A stretch of DNA of 64,000 nt from a virus (Duplodnaviria > Caudoviricetes): the IMG/VR virus record IMGVR_UViG_3300044712_000363, positions 2,066 through 66,065 of that record. One strand, written 5' to 3'. Shown here one piece after another: positions 9,011 to 18,178 of this stretch. The notes under the pieces are model-generated. The model had not been told where the DNA came from. It saw only the letters and a program-made list of their open reading frames with translations, and made no database searches. Numbering within the stretch: the stretch's first letter is position 1; every line of letters begins with the position of its first letter. A program made the translations under genes and the position numbers.

Positions 9011-9190
9011 CTAATCTAAAATTTCCCAATCTTCGGCCAAAACATCTTCATATGTCGGCGTCCATCTGGCCACATTTTGCAGGTTAATAATCCTGCCGTT
9101 CACCCATTTGCAACGGCTGATATTTTTACCATTCTTGACGGCCTGGATCGCGCCGCCGATGTCAACTTTATCCACTCTGCGGATAACCAT
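9011..9190 (-). CDS. mini DUF2829/Tad2-like protein (59 aa, not in ORF track)
   Basis: MVIRRVDKVDIGGAIQAVKNGKNISRCKWVNG...WTPTYEDVLAEDWEILD; GGGGTG RBS. Confidence 0.7.
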   Translation of the reverse strand: MVIRRVDKVDIGGAIQAVKNGKNISRCKWVNGRIINLQNVARWTPTYEDVLAEDWEILD

Positions 9191-9192
9191 AA

Positions 9193-9747
9193 CTACACCC
9201 CGATTCCGTTTTCCAAGTACCAGTTTGCTTTTTCTCTGATTAAGTTCCCGCCGCTTCCCGGCTCATCGCCTTCGCGGAATACCCAACCATCCCAACGCTC
9301 AACCGTTGTAGCAGGGCCATAGCCATCCTCGTCCGCTTGCTCGGCATGAGTGCGGACATAATCATAATTGATGGGTAAGCCTAACTCCTGGCACAGCAAG
9401 GCTACCACCTGCGCCATTGTTTCAATTTGCGTCTGTGTGGGCGGCTCTGGACCTAGATCATCGCAGGAGTTTGCATTATAGCAACATAGTGCAGATACAC
9501 CAATTGCCCCGGTATTCCTGTGCCAAGTATGACCTAATATTTCGGCGAGATTATCGGTGCCGGCATAAATCTCCCCGCCCTGGTCAATGTTAATATGGTA
9601 ATGTTCGCTAGGGTTTCCGTAGTGGCCAGCAGACCAATGGAGATAAATCATTGGCTTATTATAGTCGGAACCTTGCGCGGCAGTATAAATATCTTGCATG
9701 CAATTTTTCGCCATCATCTGAATTTCTAACAGATTAACCCGTCGCAT
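9193..9747 (-). CDS. endolysin, N-acetylmuramoyl-L-alanine amidase (Amidase_2-like)
   Basis: IYLHWSAG, HYHINID, HTWHRN, VRTHAE Zn-amidase motifs. Confidence 0.85.
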   Translation of the reverse strand: MRRVNLLEIQMMAKNCMQDIYTAAQGSDYNKPMIYLHWSAGHYGNPSEHYHINIDQGGEIYAGTDNLAEILGHTWHRNTGAIGVSALCCYNANSCDDLGPEPPTQTQIETMAQVVALLCQELGLPINYDYVRTHAEQADEDGYGPATTVERWDGWVFREGDEPGSGGNLIREKANWYLENGIGV

Positions 9748-9779
9748 AACTACCCTCCTAAAATACAAACTAACCAAAC

Positions 9780-9819
9780 AAAAAAGCCGACGCCCACCAT
9801 TACCGGTATCGCTTCGGCT
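9780..9819 (-). terminator. terminator-like hairpin between holin and endolysin
   Basis: AGCCGA...TCGGCT followed by T-run on -. Confidence 0.5.
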
Positions 9820-9837
9820 GTCTCACACAATATTCTA

Positions 9838-10137
9838 TTAAGGTTCATTATCTTTTCCCCTTTCGGAGAATTTCTTGCCTACGTAAGCAGTCAAGCAAGT
9901 TGATGCCCACGCGACCAATTGTGTCCACCCGGAAAACTTGATTCCAAAGCCAAGTTCGGCAATTAAAGCAACGATTATGCATAGTCCCGAAACAGCACAC
10001 CACACGCGCGGCAATGAAATATGTTTGAACTCAAAGTCATCATATAGGGTTAAGGCTAGTTGCCGCAAAACCCATTTTACATTCTTCCACATAGGCATCA
10101 TTCCCTCAGTGAAACAGTTTTTGTAGTGCAACAACAA
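9838..10137 (-). CDS. putative holin (2 TM)
   Basis: Two hydrophobic helices, charged C-terminus, upstream of endolysin; real start probably ~10100. Confidence 0.65.
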   Translation of the reverse strand: MLLHYKNCFTEGMMPMWKNVKWVLRQLALTLYDDFEFKHISLPRVWCAVSGLCIIVALIAELGFGIKFSGWTQLVAWASTCLTAYVGKKFSERGKDNEP

Positions 10138-10330
10138 GAACTGCAGTTACAACACTGGCCCCGCCCACATAATAAGCAATAGTTACTTTAATTTTCCCTA
10201 TCTCAATAATAATTTCGTCAAATTTTTTAAATAGTGTCTCGTCATTTTTTTTACATGTGTCCAAGGCTTCACACACCCCGCTATGTTGTAAACAGTCATA
10301 CTCTTTGACCATGTAATCACCCTCTCTCAC
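10106..10330 (-). CDS. XhlA-like/holin-accessory membrane protein
   Basis: Coiled coil plus C-terminal TM; first gene of lysis cassette. Confidence 0.6.
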   Translation of the reverse strand: MREGDYMVKEYDCLQHSGVCEALDTCKKNDETLFKKFDEIIIEIGKIKVTIAYYVGGASVVTAVLVVALQKLFH

Positions 10331-10335
10331 ATAAT

Positions 10336-10452
10336 AAAAAAGGCCCCTATATGGCCTTTTGTCTGGGGAATATTATGTTGTCTGGGTAAGGTGCTAGGCA
10401 AGCCCCCAGAACAAGCCTTTCAAGCGGAGAGCGACCCCACTCTAGCCTAGCA
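10336..10452 (-). ncRNA. putative structured small RNA
   Basis: Own promoter (TTGTAA-17-TAAAAT, extended TG, 10458-10486), 5' stem TGCTAGGC/GCCTAGCA, terminator 10336-10360, no RBS/ORF. Confidence 0.5.
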
Positions 10453-10551
10453 GGTATATTTTACCACACCTGCAGGTAATTTACAACATTGTTAATCCCT
10501 CCTAAAAATTGGTATAATAAGGTTTAGAACTTCGAAAAGGAAGGTTGAAGA

Positions 10552-10683
10552 ATGCCAGATTTTGATTTTAGCAAAGATTTGGTTATATCAGGTAGTGCTT
10601 TGTTAGGGTTTATTATAGTCTTAACTTTTTATGTGTTAATTGTTAGATGGAAAATTAAGAGATTAAAGAACCCTGCAAATTAA
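10552..10683 (+). CDS. 43-aa single-TM peptide (not in ORF track)
   Basis: MPDFDFSKDLVISGSALLGFIIVLTFYVLIVRWKIKRLKNPAN; TG-N-TATAAT at 10510-10518 and AAGGAAGG RBS. Confidence 0.6.
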   Translation: MPDFDFSKDLVISGSALLGFIIVLTFYVLIVRWKIKRLKNPAN

Positions 10684-12995
10684 GTGGACACTGCCGCAAT
10701 CAGTCCAAACCCATTCCAAGTTCCCGGCGTACCCGAAGAAGTGCATACCCATCCAGTATAACTACCGGACGAAGGTGTGGCATTAATTACTTCCTCCCCT
10801 GATTTCCACGTCCCTAAAGTGGGTATAGCATCAGCAACTAATTTTTCCGAACCGGAATACCTAGCCAATCGGCCAGCATATTCCTGATCGGTCAAAATGA
10901 TCCCTGCTACATCCATATATGCACCAGCCGCACCAGGGTTAAATGTTCTAAGCCTGATATACCCTTTCGGCTTATTAATTAAAACCGGATAATCAAACCT
11001 AGCATAGTAGCCTAAATCGCCAAAGGATGGCCGCATTTCCGTTCCCACCACATTTGCAAAACCATAACCCGGGTAATCTGTTGTGGAAGCTAAAGTAAAT
11101 TCACTGCTTGCACAGTATAAAGCAGGGTCATAAGTTCCACCATTTACGAACCTGCTACCATTAAAAAGAATTAAACGTGCGATTTTACCTACCAAATTCG
11201 GCGCATAATAAGGAATATCCATATATGCTGCACTCGAACCGGCACAAGTAAGCCGGATTGAATTGCCTCCAATACCATTATCACCGTTTACCGATAATGT
11301 TGCATTAGTCAATTTAACAATATCAGGAATTATACTCGTACTCGTGAATGTTCCATTACAAACATAATTCGGTATTTCCTCACAGCAATTGTATTTACTG
11401 TCCGTGAACCTCGGCATGTATTCGCCCTCGTAAACCGTGCCTTTACTGTATATCTTTGCGCCGGCGGAATAAACATCGGTACCGAAAAATGTGGTATAAG
11501 TAGTCGCTGGCTTTGTCACGGTAATTGTTGCCGCTGAACTGTTAGCAGTAGCCGCCGCCGACATCTGGAAAGTTCCCGCCGTTTCGTTGACTGCTAAAAT
11601 TGTGGTTCCGGCAGGTATACCCGCACTTTCCACCGTATAACCTGTCGATAAATTAGAAAGCGAAATAGGTGTTACGGTATCGCTCGTGTCGGTAATATCT
11701 CCGGTAATTTCAAAAATCTTTAAGTTAATTCTACCGTTGTCGTTGTGGATATTTCGGCGTAAATAAGTGTTAATTAAATGTACTTCGCCGGATAGTCCAT
11801 AAACACCATAGGTCGGATCACAGGTATTGTGAGACATAAAAACGGGGCTACCTGCTCCATGGATATTGCAGTCATTTAGCAACCCACTACCATTTATAGC
11901 CACATAACCACCGTTAACATAGACAGGCGTAATCGAGCCATCTCCCAAATACGTATTTGTAATATTGATTTTCCCGCCTTGGCTATAGATGTGGTACGGG
12001 TTTTGCTCCATAATACCATTATGAAGGTTTATGTCATTTCCCGAAGTGCCAACATTGGACTTGGACCAAATACCTCTTCCCACACTAGAAAGGGATGTAA
12101 AATAAACATTCGTTAATGCGGCGGTACTAGTGGTGGTACATTCACGGGAAATCGTAATAGTACCTGCTGTCGAATCAATACTATCAACCCTAGAGCCATA
12201 GGCAACACCGGGTCCGGAGAACATATCACCAACACTGATGCGGCCAAAATATTCCGCTTCTGGCGTTACGACATTACTTCCCGACGAGATAGCAGCGTAT
12301 AGGTACATTTGCTGGCAACGCCAAACCCGGAATTGATTTAAGGCCAAACTACCAAGCGACCCGGAAGATGCATTATCGACCACCAAACCATTTAAACAGC
12401 GCATGAATTGCACATTGTTCAAATTATTGTAATATGATCCTGTCATGTATTCCATGCCGTGTTCAAGTTCGGTAATGACGGTGTTATTTATCTCCAATCT
12501 TTGCGCGTTGCTTCCGGTCTTAATCCCTGTCCCGGTGTTTTTTGTCGAACCGCTATGTCCGATAGTTAAATTATCAATTATATCCCCTTGTGAAAGCAGG
12601 AATACAGGTTTCGACGTGAACGTATCGTCAATTTTAATGACAGAACTTAGTCCTGTCCGTTCATAGCCGGCACCGCCTCCAAAGCGCATATGGATTCCCT
12701 TGTTACTGGTGGCCGGAGTAGTCAGTGTGTCGGTAACCCTATAAAAATTAGAGGGAACGGGAAAATCTATGGTGCGTCCGGTACTAATGGCACTTTGTAT
12801 TGCAGCGGTGTCGTCTGTTGCGCCATCACCAACCGCACCAAGAGCCCGCACGTCAGTAAACGGCTTTTTTGATATTACATCCAGCACATTTAACTCATTA
12901 GTGCCATCCTGTAATTGAGTAATGGTTAAATCCCCCGGTATGCCTCGCGGGCCTTGTGGTCCTCTCTCGTTGCTCATTATAAAGGTATATGTCAT
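10680..12995 (-). CDS. tailspike/receptor-binding protein with pectate-lyase-like beta-helix
   Basis: DVRALGAVGDGATDDTAAIQSAI beta-helix start; C-terminal GTW...GWVCT..GTPGTW motif. Confidence 0.88.
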   Translation of the reverse strand: MTYTFIMSNERGPQGPRGIPGDLTITQLQDGTNELNVLDVISKKPFTDVRALGAVGDGATDDTAAIQSAISTGRTIDFPVPSNFYRVTDTLTTPATSNKGIHMRFGGGAGYERTGLSSVIKIDDTFTSKPVFLLSQGDIIDNLTIGHSGSTKNTGTGIKTGSNAQRLEINNTVITELEHGMEYMTGSYYNNLNNVQFMRCLNGLVVDNASSGSLGSLALNQFRVWRCQQMYLYAAISSGSNVVTPEAEYFGRISVGDMFSGPGVAYGSRVDSIDSTAGTITISRECTTTSTAALTNVYFTSLSSVGRGIWSKSNVGTSGNDINLHNGIMEQNPYHIYSQGGKINITNTYLGDGSITPVYVNGGYVAINGSGLLNDCNIHGAGSPVFMSHNTCDPTYGVYGLSGEVHLINTYLRRNIHNDNGRINLKIFEITGDITDTSDTVTPISLSNLSTGYTVESAGIPAGTTILAVNETAGTFQMSAAATANSSAATITVTKPATTYTTFFGTDVYSAGAKIYSKGTVYEGEYMPRFTDSKYNCCEEIPNYVCNGTFTSTSIIPDIVKLTNATLSVNGDNGIGGNSIRLTCAGSSAAYMDIPYYAPNLVGKIARLILFNGSRFVNGGTYDPALYCASSEFTLASTTDYPGYGFANVVGTEMRPSFGDLGYYARFDYPVLINKPKGYIRLRTFNPGAAGAYMDVAGIILTDQEYAGRLARYSGSEKLVADAIPTLGTWKSGEEVINATPSSGSYTGWVCTSSGTPGTWNGFGLIAAVST

Positions 12996-13009
12996 TCCTA
13001 AACACCTCC

Positions 13010-13375
13010 CTATGTTGTAACCGAAGGCGTAACCGAAAAGGTTCCCTGCCACCAGTATTCGATATTAGTCCCCGTGTTAACTTTGATGTCATGGTAATAT
13101 GTTTCAACTTGGTCAAAATTTACGCCCGATGTCGGGAGTGTTGCGGAAATTGAGGACGCAAGAGAAAGGACTAGTTTGTTAGTTGCCGCGGTGCTGCAAG
13201 TCGCATTTAACGATGCTATTACCCCGCCGGCAGGAATTGATTTTAGATCGCTCTCAAGTACAAATGTTGATATGTCCAAAGCCGCGGTACTTATGCCAAT
13301 ATAACAGTCAATTTCTTCGTAAAAAGACGCCCCTCGTTTTAATGTGAAATTTACAGTTGCGGGATCTTCTGCCAT
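13010..13375 (-). CDS. tail/baseplate adaptor protein (BppU-N-like)
   Basis: Beta-rich 121 aa directly upstream of tailspike. Confidence 0.55.
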   Translation of the reverse strand: MAEDPATVNFTLKRGASFYEEIDCYIGISTAALDISTFVLESDLKSIPAGGVIASLNATCSTAATNKLVLSLASSISATLPTSGVNFDQVETYYHDIKVNTGTNIEYWWQGTFSVTPSVTT

Positions 13376-13389
13376 CTAATCCACCCCCC

Positions 13390-13746
13390 TTATAATGCGG
13401 TAACGACCCATCCTGTGCTAACGCCTCTTTGGAAAGCGTAATACTTGTCCTCGGTAGACACATAGACCATCCAGCCCTTACGTGGCGTATAATACTCCCA
13501 CGCTCCGCCGATATACTGCGCGATTTGATCCGTTAACCCGACCCAAACACCGCCTGCGGTTGACGGGATTATATAAGCCGCGCCCGTTGATGCTTCCGTC
13601 GATGTCGGTGCTGCTGTCGTTGTTCTGTTTAATACAATCCGGTCGCCAAACATATCCAGACGGCTTAATGCCTCGTTGAAAGTGGTTTCCTTTTGTGACT
13701 GCCCCACCGACATATAGGTCAAGCCTAAATTAGGCGTATCGCTCAT
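13390..13746 (-). CDS. DUF2793-like tail fibre protein
   Basis: TPNLGLTYM..GQSQKETTFNEAL.RLD, YIIP...W.G...IA....W....P..GW. Confidence 0.8.
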   Translation of the reverse strand: MSDTPNLGLTYMSVGQSQKETTFNEALSRLDMFGDRIVLNRTTTAAPTSTEASTGAAYIIPSTAGGVWVGLTDQIAQYIGGAWEYYTPRKGWMVYVSTEDKYYAFQRGVSTGWVVTAL

Positions 13747-16250
13747 ATCGTCGCCTCCTCTCTAATTCCTCGGCCCCTCGTCTCAGACATCTGATAGATT
13801 CTGACCGTCAAGCTTGGCTGGGGTGCACCGAAGTCCGTTGTTTGATCCGCTGCACTGTAGCTTGCTGTCTGAGATGTAGCTGTTATAGTTCTGACTACCG
13901 TCGCGCCATTCATCACGTCGATTTGATATGATTCGCTTGTTTCATTCAAAGGCACGTCTGCAAGGTCTTGCCATTCGCCGCCGTATCTTGTCCGGCGCAC
14001 CCATGTGATTGTTAAATTACTGCTGACATCCCTTGTGCCCGCAACATGGCAAACAGACCACGGTTGGTTCAACCTGGCCTGATTTGTAAATGATTCATTG
14101 ATAAACCTGAGATCGGATACGGTCACGCCCGCGGGTCCGCAACGATAAGTTCTCGCCACATACCAAGACGCGGATGGTATTGTGCCGATAGCCCCGGATT
14201 CAAGCAATACGAATCTGTCGCCCGCCGTATGCTCGGTAATCTGATCCTCAGTGCCCAATCTGCCGCGCAATAAGCCGGATAATCTGTATGTGTTGGTGCT
14301 TAAAAGTGTCGCGGTTGTAAAGCCGATTATTTCACTGCCTATTACGGCGGCATTGTAGCCGTTTAACACGTCAATTTTTGGCCGGCTTGATAAAGTCCCG
14401 TTCAGGACAACCACGTCAACAGTGTTTTTGTTGTCGAAAATATATTCCGTACCCGCACCAAGTTCAGTAAGCGTATAGCCCATAGTCGCCTGTTTTAGGT
14501 GCTGTTTAAGCAAAGTATAGGTTGATCCACCGTCCGCGCTTGTATAAACGTCCACGCCTTGATAAACCTGCCCCGTGGCCGCAATGTAAATATTGTCCGT
14601 CGCGCTTGTGTCATCCGGCAATTTCGGTAAGTCAAGGAATTCGATATAAACTTGTGTTGCCGCGCTACCGTCGCCGGGGACAATGTTGCTGTCGGGTGTT
14701 CTATTGGCCGAAGCATAAGTCACAGCATCAATAGCAATAGCCGAGATTTTATTTATACCCGGCTTACCATAATTGGAATTAGTCACAACGCAAGTGTGGA
14801 TGTTGTCCTCATCATCGGTAATACTTAAAACTTTCCCCGGCGTCACATCGGCGTATTTTGGACCAAGGACAGTCTCATAACCTGTTCTATTAATCCATGC
14901 CTCATAAAGTAGTTTTTCGGCCAACGCTTGCGCCTGTGCGTCCGTCATTACTATGGGCACGCTGATATTGGTTTCGTTTTTACTGTTCGATAACTGCCGT
15001 CTGCTTTGCATTGATTGAGTCTGATAGTCAAAATCAGACGATACATATTGGACGCTCACAGATCGCGGCATTTCCAACTCATCGGCAATGGTAATAGTCA
15101 AAGGCTCAACGCTCTCGGATTCATGCGCTCCTAGATCCTCGTATGGGATAGATATGGCCCCCGAAGTAGTGCGGCGCAGAAAATACACCTTGCCGTCCCG
15201 TTCCACGCCATCAAAGTTAAACACAGTCATCAAAGGTTCGATTTTATTTCGGCCTGACGACACACTTTCAATGCTATAACCCGTAACGGTAAGCCCCGCC
15301 AAGTCCGTCGCGTCAACATCCGCCGCCGCGATTCCCGATTCGGTGCTTATGTTTTCGACAATGGTTTGCAGGCTAGTAGTTGCTGTTGTAACCTCGAAAT
15401 TTAAGTTGGGCGGTCGGTTGCCGAAATCGCCGAGGTACATATCCTGGAAAACGATATAGGCCATGCCGCGATATGCCGGGACATTCCCAACGCCCTCCAC
15501 GGCTTCCATGATCGAATCCGCAGTCTGGACTTCGGTGCCCAAATGCAGATTATATGTGAATTTTGCCGCGCTTGGCTCGACATCTAATGTGAAAATAGTG
15601 CCATTTGCGATGGCCGTAGATGTCGTTTTATAGTCCACCAAAAACGATATTAGACCATTGTCGTACAATGCGCCGAAAGCGCAATCGGCATAGGTTATTC
15701 CACCGCTGACTACTCCAAGCATTTGCACGCCGCCGACATCCTTTGTCGTCAATGTCCATGTTGAGTCCGCATCTGCCGCCACTGCCGTAAATGTTAAGGT
15801 GTTTACGTCGCCATTTGAACTGCTGACGGTATATTTTGATTCATATAGCGGGAACGGTTTGCCGTCAGTCCAAACCCTATTTATGCCTGTAATGGGACCC
15901 TTGCCAAGAGATACAGCAAATGAAACCGAATAAGTGTATTCCGTTGTACTGACAGATCCACCGCCGCCACCCTTGCCGCCCTGCTCTGATGTGTTGGCAT
16001 GTTCGACAAAGTTAGTACCCCAAATGATATTTCCGGCTACTCTGGCCGTACCGTAAACTTTTGGTATGGTTACGCCATAGGTTGATGTTTGCAGCCGCAG
16101 ATCTTGGAGTCTGCTTCCTTCTTGATGGATTTTCTGACCGAACAGGCGTTGATCAATATATGATGTAGCAGTAAAAGCAAGAATAGACCCAAGATAAGAC
16201 AAACCAATGGAACCGTTTGCCACTGCCGCACTCAATAATAATGTTGCCAT
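13743..16250 (-). CDS. tail tip/host-specificity protein (Phage-tail_3, GTA g15-like)
   Basis: STYGVTIPKVYGTARVAGNIIW, PAYRGMAYIVF, FGNRPPNLNFEV, LSGLLRGRLGTE. Confidence 0.9.
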   Translation of the reverse strand: MATLLLSAAVANGSIGLSYLGSILAFTATSYIDQRLFGQKIHQEGSRLQDLRLQTSTYGVTIPKVYGTARVAGNIIWGTNFVEHANTSEQGGKGGGGGSVSTTEYTYSVSFAVSLGKGPITGINRVWTDGKPFPLYESKYTVSSSNGDVNTLTFTAVAADADSTWTLTTKDVGGVQMLGVVSGGITYADCAFGALYDNGLISFLVDYKTTSTAIANGTIFTLDVEPSAAKFTYNLHLGTEVQTADSIMEAVEGVGNVPAYRGMAYIVFQDMYLGDFGNRPPNLNFEVTTATTSLQTIVENISTESGIAAADVDATDLAGLTVTGYSIESVSSGRNKIEPLMTVFNFDGVERDGKVYFLRRTTSGAISIPYEDLGAHESESVEPLTITIADELEMPRSVSVQYVSSDFDYQTQSMQSRRQLSNSKNETNISVPIVMTDAQAQALAEKLLYEAWINRTGYETVLGPKYADVTPGKVLSITDDEDNIHTCVVTNSNYGKPGINKISAIAIDAVTYASANRTPDSNIVPGDGSAATQVYIEFLDLPKLPDDTSATDNIYIAATGQVYQGVDVYTSADGGSTYTLLKQHLKQATMGYTLTELGAGTEYIFDNKNTVDVVVLNGTLSSRPKIDVLNGYNAAVIGSEIIGFTTATLLSTNTYRLSGLLRGRLGTEDQITEHTAGDRFVLLESGAIGTIPSASWYVARTYRCGPAGVTVSDLRFINESFTNQARLNQPWSVCHVAGTRDVSSNLTITWVRRTRYGGEWQDLADVPLNETSESYQIDVMNGATVVRTITATSQTASYSAADQTTDFGAPQPSLTVRIYQMSETRGRGIREEATI

Positions 16251-16684
16251 TAGTCAACCACCCCCGGATAACGGAAAGCATGACGCAAGCGGCTTTGCCA
16301 TAGTTCATCCATACGGGTTTCAACTACTTTTACCACGTCCATATAACTGTGTATGATGGTATTGTCAAACGTCAAAATACCGATATGGTGAGCGACAAAA
16401 CGCGGACGAAATGAAAAAAGCAGCAGGTCACCCGGCTGCGTTTCGGGAAGGTCTATTTCTATTGCATATGTTTTGCACTCCTCATAAAGCCATGGATCGC
16501 TTTTGAACAAGTGCCATGTTGGGGGATAATTGACGGTAAGAGGGATTTTTTCGCCCGTCAAATGTTCGTATACTCCCCGGGCAAGTCCGACACAATCACA
16601 GGCCACGCCTTTCAATGACGCCTGGTGCTGCCAGGGGAGTCCTAGCCATTCCCTAGCCTCGGCAATTATTTCTTCTCGCGTCAT
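16250..16684 (-). CDS. NlpC/P60 tail peptidase (GTA g14-like)
   Basis: AREWLGLPWQHQA...DCVGL, PGDLLLF, HIGI, IHS. Confidence 0.9.
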   Translation of the reverse strand: MTREEIIAEAREWLGLPWQHQASLKGVACDCVGLARGVYEHLTGEKIPLTVNYPPTWHLFKSDPWLYEECKTYAIEIDLPETQPGDLLLFSFRPRFVAHHIGILTFDNTIIHSYMDVVKVVETRMDELWQSRLRHAFRYPGVVD

Positions 16685-16688
16685 GTCA

Positions 16689-17561
16689 TCACCTCCTCGC
16701 GTCCGCGCCCTCAGACACCGTATTTGCCGAACCTTGCGCCGGATAGCTTGCGGCATAGTCGGAACCAGGGACATGCGGTTCCCCCCGGAAATTAACCACA
16801 TTAGAAAACTTCGTTGAGCATGTGGTGAAATTACCGTCACATCCGGATATAGCGGTAAATGTGTCTCCGGTGCTTGGCGTGTAAGTAAAAGGAAGGAAAG
16901 GCATAAATTTGCCGTTGGTGTTCGTAAACCGCTTAATCTCGACAGACTTTCCGTTATTTGGTCCCGTAGATGTCCATGTCAGCAAACCGTAATCATAGTA
17001 ATAGTCGGCCCTGGTCGAATCGGTATAGATCGAACCGTCTGACGAATTGTAAGCCGTGACCGTGAATGTGGACGTATACGCCGCCGTATTAACCCCGCAT
17101 TTCGTACTGCCCAAAGTGGTACGGCAGGACTTTTGGTATACGTCTCCCTGGTCTTGTTGATAGGCCTGCATCAATCCGCGAATTTCGGCAGTAAAAGCCG
17201 TCTTCCCGGCGCTAACCTGCCCAAGTGTACCTTTGCGAACCTTGAAAGCCGTACTTGATAGATTCGACCAATCACACTGAAAAATTAAAATCTGCGCCCC
17301 GTCGTATTTGCCGGAGAGCAGATCGTCTTTTGTAATCCTTGTGCTGTCTATTGCGCCTTGAATGTCCAGGTTATCAACCGCCATATCGCGGGAGGTTTCA
17401 ACCGCCGTCGGCGTGAACCCGGAAGCCGCTTCGTATGTTATTCCGCTGATAGTCAAGTCCACATCGTGGTTTGTAAAGCCCATGGTCGAACCGTCCGCCA
17501 ATGTGAGTTTCCAGCACCATGCCGCTGTCGTGACTTCATCTTGTAAAAAGCTTACTGTCAT
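16689..17561 (-). CDS. baseplate hub, DUF2163/BR0599 (GTA g13-like)
   Basis: GFTNHDVDL, CRTTLGSTKC, GCD...C..KFSN..NFRGEP. Confidence 0.9.
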   Translation of the reverse strand: MTVSFLQDEVTTAAWCWKLTLADGSTMGFTNHDVDLTISGITYEAASGFTPTAVETSRDMAVDNLDIQGAIDSTRITKDDLLSGKYDGAQILIFQCDWSNLSSTAFKVRKGTLGQVSAGKTAFTAEIRGLMQAYQQDQGDVYQKSCRTTLGSTKCGVNTAAYTSTFTVTAYNSSDGSIYTDSTRADYYYDYGLLTWTSTGPNNGKSVEIKRFTNTNGKFMPFLPFTYTPSTGDTFTAISGCDGNFTTCSTKFSNVVNFRGEPHVPGSDYAASYPAQGSANTVSEGADARR

Positions 17562-18178
17562 GATGTAGATTTCACCTGCAATTCTACAATGGGGATATTG
17601 TCCCAACTAAAGGCATTAATAGCCTCGTAATTTACGGGCATGTAGTCGGTGTCTAATCTGCACGGAACATCAAAATAAAAGTCGGCGGTAATCGCTGCGC
17701 CACTTGATGGAATGGCCGATGTGGAAAATGTGACTATGCCATTGGTACTGCTCACCGTCCACCCGGTTGACAAAGTACCCGCAACATAGACTTTTACACT
17801 GTTCTCGACCGGCTTTTTGATGGTTCTTGTTAATGAGTACCCTCCCGAATCCGTATATTTTTTGACAAGCTGAAATTGTGTTGTCGCTCCGTCACCTGTG
17901 CCGATAGCTTGATTTTTTGCCGTATAGTCCGACCAATCTTTATACCGAAATCCGTAGGCCTTACCATAACGGCAATAAAAAAAGGCTCTGATGTCCTCAA
18001 AGTCCTTTTCGCTCTTTACGCCATGGGCCACGTCGCCCTTATGCAAGGGATATTGCCGGTTTATGTTTCTTTGTTCTCCCGCAGTACCTATTTTGGCAAT
18101 GTCAGTATCGAACTCCGGCCCAAACGTAGCGCCGAGGCTTATTTCTGTAGGGAATTGAATTTCATGGAATCCAGCCAC
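17558..18178 (-). CDS. distal tail protein, DUF2460 (GTA g12-like)
   Basis: FHEIQFP, GPEF.T, GFRYKDWSDY, GTGDG..TQFQL.K.Y, FDVPCR.DTD. Confidence 0.92.
   Translation of the reverse strand: MAGFHEIQFPTEISLGATFGPEFDTDIAKIGTAGEQRNINRQYPLHKGDVAHGVKSEKDFEDIRAFFYCRYGKAYGFRYKDWSDYTAKNQAIGTGDGATTQFQLVKKYTDSGGYSLTRTIKKPVENSVKVYVAGTLSTGWTVSSTNGIVTFSTSAIPSSGAAITADFYFDVPCRLDTDYMPVNYEAINAFSWDNIPIVELQVKSTS

Noticed and set aside
10680-16250. Diversity-generating retroelement acting on tail genes
   Set aside because: No reverse transcriptase and no template/variable repeat pair seen
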